A DNA stretch of 64,000 nucleotides from an uncultured Clostridia bacterium. Lineage in GTDB: Bacteria; Bacillota; Clostridia; Oscillospirales; Acutalibacteraceae. Below are positions 31,296 through 39,183 of the stretch, in pieces; within the stretch, counting starts at the first letter, position 1; each line of letters starts with the position of its first letter. A program made the position numbers and the translations under genes. Where the stretch lies: NCBI GenBank assembly GCA_946187325.1, contig CAMHQC010000008.1, positions 20,485-84,484 of the forward strand. Reading direction: 5' to 3'. Under the pieces are notes generated by a model, which did not search any database, was not told the origin of the DNA, and was given only the letters and a program-made list of their open reading frames with translations.

Positions 31296-31319
31296 AACCA
31301 AGCACCTCCAAAGCGTTAT

Positions 31320-31450
31320 AAAAAATAAAAATGCGGACAGAAAACCGTCCGCATAATAATACAAATTAACATAGCCAAAAGGCCTTAGTTTAAATAAGTA
31401 TTACCCGTGCAGACGACACCCCACAGGTGAAGACATTTCTGTCTTTCTTT
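31320..31450 (-). ncRNA. L20 ribosomal leader / transcription attenuator of infC-rpmI-rplT
   Basis: Tandem hairpins aagac/gtctt and acctgtg/cacgggt as in the Firmicute L20 leader. Terminator atgcggac/gtccgcat plus U-run. Alternative 10 bp pairing of gtcgtctgca with tgcggacggt gives an antiterminator. Confidence 0.8.
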
Positions 31451-31463
31451 ATTTTACCAACTT

Positions 31464-31492
31464 ATTATATAACAATATTTTATAAATGTCAA
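31464..31492 (-). promoter_or_regulatory. SigA promoter of the infC operon
   Basis: Perfect TTGACA-17 bp-TATAAT. Confidence 0.92.
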
Positions 31493-31495
31493 GTG

Positions 31496-33274
31496 TTATT
31501 CTAAACATTTATAGATAAGATTAGCGATACGCTCAGAACTCTTACCGTCTAAATCGTCAAAGAACATATTTCTGAATCTTTCAATCTTCTCGGTTTCGAA
31601 ATCTTCCTCTTTAATAGCTTGGAGTAATGTATAAAGAGAAGTGCAGATTTTACCGGGAATATAAAGCTTAAAGTCGAAATAGAAATCTCTAGACTTAATA
31701 TAAGCCTGTAAGTCGAACGCATAGAATAACATCGGAATATTAAGAAGCGACGCCTCGAATACAAGCGAAGAATAGTCGCTGATAATAACATCCGAAACAA
31801 AAAGTAAATCGTTAATCTCAGTGCTTTCCGAAAGGTCTATTACCCTGTCTTTATACTCCTCGGGGATAGGATGCTGTTCGGTAACAAACGGATGATGTTT
31901 TATAATTACAGCATAATCCTCGCCTAAAGTTTCGCAAACTTCATGGATATCGAATAATTCCATAGGATAACGCGCTGTTTGCTTAATATCGCCTCTGAAA
32001 GTCGGAGCAAAAAGAATAATCTTTTTATCTTTGAGGTTAGGATACTCTTCATAGAATTTGTTTCTAAAGTTCTGTTTATATTCTTCGTCAAAGAATATAT
32101 CGGTTCTAGCGATACCTGTAGGTACAATATTCTTAGTAGCGATACCGAAGCCCTCGGAATGACACTTACGACAGTAATCCGAGCTTACTGTTACATAGTC
32201 GTAAGAGCGGTGCATTCGTGTGGGCTGAGGCGAACCCTTAGGTTTACCTATACGTGTAAATCCAAATGTTTTAAACGCTCCGCAAGCGTGCCATAGCTGA
32301 ACAATCTTAGTTTCGGGCTTAAGGTCGATAAGATGGATTTGCGGAGTATATTCGTCAAGAATAATAACCTTACTTGTAGCGCAGGCTTCAGCAAAATCGT
32401 CAATCTCTTTTCTGGTCATATATCGGAAAGATTTTGTGTTAAAAAGGAAGTTGATATCAAGGTTTTTATCGTCTTTGATTTTATTATACACAAACTCAAA
32501 GTTGCCCGATACTTCTTCGCGTCTTGCCGAGAAGAAAGTAATTTTGTTTGGCTGAACGGCCTTATGCTTCTTATGTTTATATTTACGTCTGATAAGACTT
32601 CTCTTATAACCGTCCATAGTGAGATTTTCTCTCGAAACTCTCGAAATACGATAGATTACATATGAAGCGAGTCTGACGAGTTTATTCTCGGACTGGATTT
32701 TCGAAGGCATATTCTTAAATCCGGTAAAGGTCAGTAAGCCCTCGATAATGAACATAGGCACTAATAAAATCGAGAATAATAATGTGATGAATTTTAACAA
32801 AGAATCAAACAGTTTAACGATAGCGCCCTTGCGTTTATAGCTGTTGATTTTTTCGGGTTTTGAAGTGATTTCAAAATGGTCGCCGCAGTCGTTAAGCTTA
32901 AAGAACTTTCCGTCCTGCTCAAACTCAGCCGGAGTAACGTCAATCGGAACTTTTTCCGCGTAGAAATCAGCGAAATTAAGGTTAAAATAGAGAGTAAACG
33001 GTAAACCTCTGCCTCGTGTTTTCCAGAAAAGATAATCCAAACGATAAGTGTATTTTCCCGAGAACATACACTTTCCGTCGATGTAGGTAATATCTCTGAA
33101 CCTGATAACCAGAGGAATTCTTCTGTCCTCTTCCCCATTATCAAAATGTAAAATAACCTTAGGAGTTGAAAGGAACTTAGAGTTAATAGACTCGTCGATA
33201 AATTCACCCGATAAGTCAATAGTCATAGACTGCTTTTCAACAACAATACTATTTATTTTGATTTTGTAATCCAA
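31496..33274 (-). CDS. TarK/TarL-like CDP-alditol:poly(alditol phosphate) phosphotransferase with N-terminal extension
   Basis: QLWHACGAFKTFGFTR, HRSY, VPTGIARTD, ILFAPTFRG, KHHPFV and SDYSSLVFE follow the S. aureus TarL pattern as I recall it. Confidence 0.85.
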   Translation of the reverse strand: MDYKIKINSIVVEKQSMTIDLSGEFIDESINSKFLSTPKVILHFDNGEEDRRIPLVIRFRDITYIDGKCMFSGKYTYRLDYLFWKTRGRGLPFTLYFNLNFADFYAEKVPIDVTPAEFEQDGKFFKLNDCGDHFEITSKPEKINSYKRKGAIVKLFDSLLKFITLLFSILLVPMFIIEGLLTFTGFKNMPSKIQSENKLVRLASYVIYRISRVSRENLTMDGYKRSLIRRKYKHKKHKAVQPNKITFFSARREEVSGNFEFVYNKIKDDKNLDINFLFNTKSFRYMTRKEIDDFAEACATSKVIILDEYTPQIHLIDLKPETKIVQLWHACGAFKTFGFTRIGKPKGSPQPTRMHRSYDYVTVSSDYCRKCHSEGFGIATKNIVPTGIARTDIFFDEEYKQNFRNKFYEEYPNLKDKKIILFAPTFRGDIKQTARYPMELFDIHEVCETLGEDYAVIIKHHPFVTEQHPIPEEYKDRVIDLSESTEINDLLFVSDVIISDYSSLVFEASLLNIPMLFYAFDLQAYIKSRDFYFDFKLYIPGKICTSLYTLLQAIKEEDFETEKIERFRNMFFDDLDGKSSERIANLIYKCLE

Positions 33275-33290
33275 TTAAAAATCCCTCACA

Positions 33291-33956
33291 TTACTTAACT
33301 AATTCGTAAAACTTTTTAACAGCTTCGTCAATCGGATAATCTTTTCCGTACACAGACGACGAACCCGCTACAAATATATCAGCGCCGTTTTGACGCATCT
33401 CACCGCAGTGTTCCCAGCTTACGTGACCGTCAACCTCAATAAGAACATTCGTACCCGATTGTTCAACGATTTCTTTAAGCTTTGAAAGCCTTTCCATACT
33501 GTGCGGAGCCATCGGCTGACCCGCAAATCCGGGATATACCGTCATTAATAACACAGCGTACACTTCGTCTAAAAAATCGCATACAGTTTCAACAGGAGTA
33601 TCAGGGCTGATAGCGATACACGGATCAGCTCCGAGTGATTTGATTTCAGATAAAACATCATGAGGATTTTCACATGCCTCAAAATGAACAGAAACCATAT
33701 CGCCTTTGCCTATTTCCATTTTATCAAAGTATTGCTGCGGCTCAAAAGCCATAATATGAATATCTCTTTTAATATCCTTCATAGGTTTTTTAAAAGATTT
33801 AACCATATTAGTATCAAAAGTTATATTAGGTACAAACTTGTTGTCCATAAAATCTATGTGCAGATACTCAACCCCAAGCTCGTCAAGTTTCTTTATTTCG
33901 CTTGATAAATTGAGTAAATCAGCGCACATTACAGACGGTGATAACATACCTCTCAT
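33291..33956 (-). CDS. Ketose-phosphate 3-epimerase of the Rpe/AlsE family, AlsE-like
   Basis: SPSVMCADLL, HIDFMD..FVPN, DIHIM, MTVYPGFAGQ, IEVDG and GSSSVY. Confidence 0.85.
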   Translation of the reverse strand: MRGMLSPSVMCADLLNLSSEIKKLDELGVEYLHIDFMDNKFVPNITFDTNMVKSFKKPMKDIKRDIHIMAFEPQQYFDKMEIGKGDMVSVHFEACENPHDVLSEIKSLGADPCIAISPDTPVETVCDFLDEVYAVLLMTVYPGFAGQPMAPHSMERLSKLKEIVEQSGTNVLIEVDGHVSWEHCGEMRQNGADIFVAGSSSVYGKDYPIDEAVKKFYELVK

Positions 33957-33966
33957 AAAGTACCTC

Positions 33967-35019
33967 TTAGTCCATTACAATCATTACCTTGCTGTAAAAC
34001 TCGGTATGATCCTTCATAATTTCAAGTCCCTTATCCATATCCTCAAGCGAGAATTTCTGAGTGATAAGAGGCTTAACCTTTACAGCTCCCGACGACATAG
34101 CGTCAACAACGATGCTCCAGTCACTCTGGGGAGTGTTATTATAAGCGGAATTCCATGTTCCGAAAATCTGAAGCTGTTTTCTTAATATCTGCCAATAAGT
34201 GTTCTGTTTAAATGTATAATCTCCATGCGGATTACCAACATAAATAACCTTACCGCCTGAAGCTACACTGTCAAGACAATTGCCCGCGGTTACGTCAACG
34301 CCTACAGCCTCGATAGCGATATCCGCGCCGTTACCGCCCGTCTGTTCCATAACCCACTCGACAGGATCTCCGTTAGAAGCGTTAAAGTAATCGTGGAAGC
34401 CTAAGCTCTCAATAAATTCATAGTTGTTTAAGTCGGTGCCGACTAAAAGAACCTTACTCGCTCCCCAGGCTTTAGCCCACTGAGCGATAAGCATACCGAT
34501 AGTACCCGGGCCGTAAATTACAACAGTGTCTCCAATTTCGATACTGGCTCTTCTTAAAGCGTGAAGCGCGACAGCCGTAGGCTCAGCCATAGCAGCTTCC
34601 TCGAAGCTTACGTTATCAGCAATAGGAACTAAGTTCCACACGGGAACTCTTACATATTCAGCGAAAGCGCCGTCTGAACGAGAGCCTAAGTAATCATAGC
34701 TCTTACAACACTCATAAACACCCTTGTTACAGCTTGTACATTCCCTGCAAGGTATAAGCGGAAATACAGCCGCGCGGGTACCGATGTATTTTTCATTTTC
34801 TTTAGTAGCGGCAGCTACAACCTCACCCGCGAACTCATGACCGGGGATTGTCGGAAAATGATAAGTGCCGTTTACAAAAATTCTGGGAATATCCGAACCG
34901 CATATACCGCAAGCCTTAACCTTCATAAGAACCTCATCGGGCTTAAGCTCCGGAATAGGATAATCCTCATATCTTAAATCGCCAACTCCGTGTAAAACAC
35001 GAGCTTTCATAGTATCCAT
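33967..35019 (-). CDS. Zn-dependent alditol-phosphate dehydrogenase, GatD (galactitol-1-P 5-dehydrogenase) type
   Basis: CGICGSDIPRIF, GHEF, PLIPCRECTSC...CC, YDYLGSRSDG and GPGTIG. Confidence 0.85.
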   Translation of the reverse strand: MDTMKARVLHGVGDLRYEDYPIPELKPDEVLMKVKACGICGSDIPRIFVNGTYHFPTIPGHEFAGEVVAAATKENEKYIGTRAAVFPLIPCRECTSCNKGVYECCKSYDYLGSRSDGAFAEYVRVPVWNLVPIADNVSFEEAAMAEPTAVALHALRRASIEIGDTVVIYGPGTIGMLIAQWAKAWGASKVLLVGTDLNNYEFIESLGFHDYFNASNGDPVEWVMEQTGGNGADIAIEAVGVDVTAGNCLDSVASGGKVIYVGNPHGDYTFKQNTYWQILRKQLQIFGTWNSAYNNTPQSDWSIVVDAMSSGAVKVKPLITQKFSLEDMDKGLEIMKDHTEFYSKVMIVMD

Positions 35020-35031
35020 AATGTCCTCCTC

Positions 35032-35721
35032 TTATCCTTTTATAATAGTTTCAAAGGTTTCTAAATCCTCAATTGTTGTAATTTTAAAATTACGCTCGCT
35101 TCCTTCAACTAAGCGAACTTTCATTCCGTGACGATACGCAATCTCACTGCTTCCGGCGGTTGAGGCGATTTCGTCATCACTTACGGAATTATGTATATCT
35201 AAATATTTTTTAAAATCAAAGCTTTCGGGAGCCTGTCCCGCGAAAAGCTCGGAACGTTTTAATAAATTTCCAATCGACTTTCCGTCTTTACTCTGATAAA
35301 TAGTATCTTTAACGGAAATAACAGGCATAGCTCCGTCATCCTCAACCGCTCCGATAATACAATCCTTAATGATTTTATCGGAAACAAGCGGACGAGCGGC
35401 GTCGTGAATAATAACTACATCAGTTTCAGGAGCGTTAGCTTCTGTACACTTTAGTCCGTTATAAATGGAATGCTGACGGGTTCTTCCCGCGGGAGCGTAA
35501 CCGCACACTTTAGTTATTCCATATTTCTCTACATTTTCGATTACATAATCTTTCCATTCATCGCTGACTACTATAACAATCTTATCAATATCGCTATGTT
35601 TTTCAAAAATTTCAAGGCAATAAACGATAATAGGTTTTTCGTCAATAACAAGATACTGTTTAGGACGGTCAACACCCATCCTTGAGCCTACTCCGCCCGC
35701 AAGTATAATTGCAGTATTCAT
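35032..35721 (-). CDS. IspD/TarI family cytidylyltransferase (start ATG at 35721)
   Basis: ILAGGVGSRMG..PKQY, RQHSIYNGL, IHDAARP, GQAPESF and NFKITT.EDL. GGAGG RBS. Confidence 0.9.
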   Translation of the reverse strand: MNTAIILAGGVGSRMGVDRPKQYLVIDEKPIIVYCLEIFEKHSDIDKIVIVVSDEWKDYVIENVEKYGITKVCGYAPAGRTRQHSIYNGLKCTEANAPETDVVIIHDAARPLVSDKIIKDCIIGAVEDDGAMPVISVKDTIYQSKDGKSIGNLLKRSELFAGQAPESFDFKKYLDIHNSVSDDEIASTAGSSEIAYRHGMKVRLVEGSERNFKITTIEDLETFETIIKG

Positions 35722-35751
35722 AAATACCTCCAACGGAAATACAGTTGTATA

Positions 35752-35780
35752 ATTATATCATATTTAGCGTAATCAGTCAA
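35752..35780 (-). promoter_or_regulatory. SigA promoter of the alditol-phosphate polymer operon
   Basis: TTGACT-17 bp-TATAAT with TG extension. Confidence 0.85.
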
Positions 35781-35903
35781 TTTAAAGCCAATATCTCAAA
35801 ATAGACTTTTTCACTATAAACTGTATGGTCTTAGTATAATCTTTATTGATAAAACTGTCAATTGTTGTAAAAACAATGTAACTTTTTATCGTTTTTATCG
35901 TAC

Positions 35904-35932
35904 TTGATTTAGCATAATGTTTATGTTAATAT
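35904..35932 (+). promoter_or_regulatory. SigA-like promoter of the CPBP-tadA pair
   Basis: TTGATT-17 bp-TAATAT with TG extension. Confidence 0.6.
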
Positions 35933-35951
35933 TTATTTACGGAGTGATTAT

Positions 35952-36896
35952 ATGGATTTTAACTATAAATTAAAATTAAAAAAGACCTCTAACGGATTGG
36001 GATTCTATATATTTACCATAACAGTAACTATGTTTTTAATCTCTACAGTTATGGGAATAATGTCGTTTTTTACCAAAGATAACAAGCTTGATAACACCGC
36101 GGTATTATTGATAGATATAATCGCGTCAATATCGAGTATGTTTATAATAGGAATTTTTTATTGTTTACTGTCGAATACAAGCCTTAACGAAATATTACCA
36201 TTAAATAAGGTGAACTTAAAACTTCTTATCCCCTGTGTATTAATAGCTTTTGCGGTTGGATTTATATCAGATTACTTCACCGAGCTGTTTATAAGCGGTG
36301 TTTCGCTTTTCGGATTACAAAACAACGTTGAAATGAGTTTTAAATCCTCGGGCGCGCTTGAAAATATACTCTATATAATAGCCGTAGCGGTTATTCCGCC
36401 TATCGCCGAGGAATTCGCTTTCAGGGGAATTGTACTTCAAAAGTTTAGAAAATACGGCGACTCATTCGCCGTGTTTATATCGGCGTTACTTTTCGGACTA
36501 TTACACGGAAATATTGTACAAATACCCTTTGCGTTTATTGTCGGCTTAGCGCTCGCGTTTATTACCGTAAAAACAGAATCAATTATCCCCGCTATGATTA
36601 CTCATTTCCTTATAAACTGTACGAGCGTTATTATTTCCTTAATTGAGGAAAATAACTATGCCGATACCAATGCCGCTGACACAATTTACCTATTCTTTAT
36701 AATAGCTGTTATTGTTGCGGGAAACATCTCAGGATATAAATTAAGTAAAACAGAGGGCTTTTTTAAGTTTAAAAAATACGCCTTACTCTCCTATAAAGAT
36801 AGAATCGCGGCTGTTTTTTCTTCAGCAGGAATTATATTCGCGCTGTCTTTACTGGCAGTAGAAATTATTATGTCGCTTATACCCTATGGAAGTTAA
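35952..36896 (+). CDS. CPBP/Abi family intramembrane glutamic endopeptidase
   Basis: Multiple TM helices with PIAEEFAFRG, FGLLH and HFLIN motifs. Confidence 0.9.
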   Translation: MDFNYKLKLKKTSNGLGFYIFTITVTMFLISTVMGIMSFFTKDNKLDNTAVLLIDIIASISSMFIIGIFYCLLSNTSLNEILPLNKVNLKLLIPCVLIAFAVGFISDYFTELFISGVSLFGLQNNVEMSFKSSGALENILYIIAVAVIPPIAEEFAFRGIVLQKFRKYGDSFAVFISALLFGLLHGNIVQIPFAFIVGLALAFITVKTESIIPAMITHFLINCTSVIISLIEENNYADTNAADTIYLFFIIAVIVAGNISGYKLSKTEGFFKFKKYALLSYKDRIAAVFSSAGIIFALSLLAVEIIMSLIPYGS

Positions 36897-37335
36897 AAAT
36901 TTTATGAACGAAGCGCTAAAGCAGGCTGAAATTGCTTTTAAACTCGGCGAGATTCCTGTCGGCGCGGTAATTACACAAAACGGAAAAATTATATCCACAG
37001 CCTACAACAAACGCGAAACAGGTAAAAACGCCTTATTTCACGCCGAAACAGAGGCTATATTTAAGGCTTGCGAAGCTTTAGGCGGATGGCGGCTGTGGAA
37101 CTGCGAGCTTTATGTAACGTTAGAACCTTGCCCAATGTGCGCGGGAGCGATTGTAAACGCTCGGATACCTAAAGTATATTTCGGAGCTTATGATATAAAA
37201 AACGGCGCTTGCGGTTCGTACATCAATTTACTTGATACCGAGCACAACTTCCGTCCCGAAGTTCACGGAGGAATAATGGAAGAAGAATGCTCGAATTTAA
37301 TTAAAGATTTTTTTAAAAAACTAAGGAACAGCTGA
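36886..37335 (+). CDS. tadA: tRNA adenosine(34) deaminase
   Basis: GEIPVGAV, HAE, LYVTLEPCPMCAGA and FFKKLR C-terminus. Confidence 0.9.
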   Translation: MEVKNFMNEALKQAEIAFKLGEIPVGAVITQNGKIISTAYNKRETGKNALFHAETEAIFKACEALGGWRLWNCELYVTLEPCPMCAGAIVNARIPKVYFGAYDIKNGACGSYINLLDTEHNFRPEVHGGIMEEECSNLIKDFFKKLRNS

Positions 37336-37358
37336 TAATAAAAGCTGTTCCTTAGTTT
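37318..37358. terminator. Perfect 16 bp inverted repeat between convergent tadA and cca, probable bidirectional terminator
   Basis: aaactaaggaacagct-9 nt-agctgttccttagttt. Confidence 0.65.
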
Positions 37359-38713
37359 ATTTCTTCAAGTTCTTTGTATACCTCTAAAGCTTTAATTTTT
37401 AGAGCTATACTCTCGTTTTCAATGGTTTCATCTATAACATTGTCGAGTAAAATCTGGAGAATCTCTCCTATCATTTTGCCATCCACGATTCCTAAATGAA
37501 TTAAATCAGAGCCGTTAATACATAGGTCTCTTATCTTATAACAGTCGTTATTCTTAATAATTCTGTTAAAGGAAGCCTCGGCGAGTTCGAGGTTATTAAG
37601 CTTAGCCTCACGCATATATTTGGATTGAGCTAAAATATCAGCTCTCTGAACCTTTAATAATCTTCTAAAGTTGTCTTCCCCTATTTTATTTAAAACGTGT
37701 TTAATTTGTTTTTTATTACTCGAAAACCTAACATCATGGAACTCTATAAGAATAATTGCGTCATCAATAAATTTAGTCGGGTATTTTAGACGTTTAAGAG
37801 CTGTTTTAGCGAGTACCGCTCCGAAATGATTATGACCTTTAAAGTGGTCTATACCGTTTTTATCGGTACGAAGCGCCAGAGGTTTACCGATATCATGAAG
37901 AAGCATTACCATTCTCAGAAGACTGTCAGGCTCAATATTAGACACAGAAGCGGTAATATGACGCCAAACAGTCTTATTATGGTGAGGAGTATTTTGGGCA
38001 AAATCAAACGTTGACACAATCTCGGGAATTAAAACAGCGATTACGTCCTTATATCTTCTCAGTATGAAGCTTACATTTTTACCGCACAAAATGCCGTTGA
38101 GTTCGGAAGCAATACGCTCCATAGAAATATTATTTAGAAGCTTTTTATTTCGGATTATAGATATTGCCGTATTGCTCTCTATACTAAAGTTATAAACAGA
38201 AGCGAATCTAAGACCTCTAAGTATACGTAGAGCGTCCTCGTTAAATCTTTCGTCGGGATTTCCGACACATCTTAAAGCGCTGTATTTTAAATCAGTCTGT
38301 CCGTTAAAAGGGTCAACTAACCCCCTGCTTTCATTATAAGCCATAGCGTTAACGGTAAAATCTCGTCGTGATAAGTCTTTTTCGATATTATCTGTAAATT
38401 CTACGCTTTCAGGATGACGGCTGTCCGAATAATCTCCGTCAATTCTGTATGTAGTAACCTCATATACCTTTTTGTTTATAACAACGCCTATAGTTCCGTG
38501 CTTTTCGCCTATAGTGATTAAATGGTTATTATTAAAACAAGTTTTAATTTCATCAGGTTTAGCGGATGTAGTAATATCCCAGTCTTTCGGCTCAATACCT
38601 AAAATAGCGTCGCGAACACAACCGCCTACGACAAAAGCTTCGCAGCCGTTCTTTTCAAGTTCATTAATAATGTAACGCACATCTTCAGGTATTTTTATAT
38701 TCAACATTACCAC
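37352..38713 (-). CDS. cca: CCA tRNA nucleotidyltransferase with HD domain
   Basis: VGGCVRD, KDWDITT, DLSRRDFTVNAM, EDALRILR and the HD module PHH...H...LLHDIGKP. Confidence 0.88.
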   Translation of the reverse strand: MVMLNIKIPEDVRYIINELEKNGCEAFVVGGCVRDAILGIEPKDWDITTSAKPDEIKTCFNNNHLITIGEKHGTIGVVINKKVYEVTTYRIDGDYSDSRHPESVEFTDNIEKDLSRRDFTVNAMAYNESRGLVDPFNGQTDLKYSALRCVGNPDERFNEDALRILRGLRFASVYNFSIESNTAISIIRNKKLLNNISMERIASELNGILCGKNVSFILRRYKDVIAVLIPEIVSTFDFAQNTPHHNKTVWRHITASVSNIEPDSLLRMVMLLHDIGKPLALRTDKNGIDHFKGHNHFGAVLAKTALKRLKYPTKFIDDAIILIEFHDVRFSSNKKQIKHVLNKIGEDNFRRLLKVQRADILAQSKYMREAKLNNLELAEASFNRIIKNNDCYKIRDLCINGSDLIHLGIVDGKMIGEILQILLDNVIDETIENESIALKIKALEVYKELEEIN

Positions 38714-38751
38714 CTTATTGAATTATAACATAAAACTGTTACTTTGAAAAG

Positions 38752-39168
38752 CTATTGCGGCTCGGAAAGATAACTTTTTATAAGATTATTATTTTCAGCT
38801 GAAAGTTTATTTAAATAAATAAAATAAATAATCTCAGCCGCGATAATAAGCGAAGGTAAAACTACACCGTTATATCCTTTTAAAACAATAGCCGCAATTA
38901 AACTCTCGAGAGCGAACGCAAAAAGTATAGCCAATATTACGATTACATAGTTAGAAGCTCTGAATTTACCTGTCAGCTTGTCTCCGTTAATTTTGCCGTA
39001 AAAATACTGTGACATAAAAGCGGAGTGTTTACCGTGGTCGTCCTCTAAAAACAAAACTACCTTATCGTCGGAAACATCTCCCGAAATTCTGTAGCCGCTT
39101 TTTAGATATTTCTTATTTAAATCGGATTTTAATTTAGATTTAAAATCATTATTAATTGTAAATTCCAT
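38752..39168 (-). CDS. Hypothetical membrane protein with two C-terminal TM helices
   Basis: GGAG RBS, soluble N-terminus followed by a hydrophobic hairpin. No recognised motif. Confidence 0.6.
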   Translation of the reverse strand: MEFTINNDFKSKLKSDLNKKYLKSGYRISGDVSDDKVVLFLEDDHGKHSAFMSQYFYGKINGDKLTGKFRASNYVIVILAILFAFALESLIAAIVLKGYNGVVLPSLIIAAEIIYFIYLNKLSAENNNLIKSYLSEPQ

Positions 39169-39183
39169 TATTTCTCCTTTATT

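Noticed and set aside
31296-31364. N-terminal extensions of infC, miaB (9476-9538) and spo0A (42814-42876) in the ORF track
   Set aside because: They run through promoter or terminator elements, and better RBS-start pairs lie downstream.
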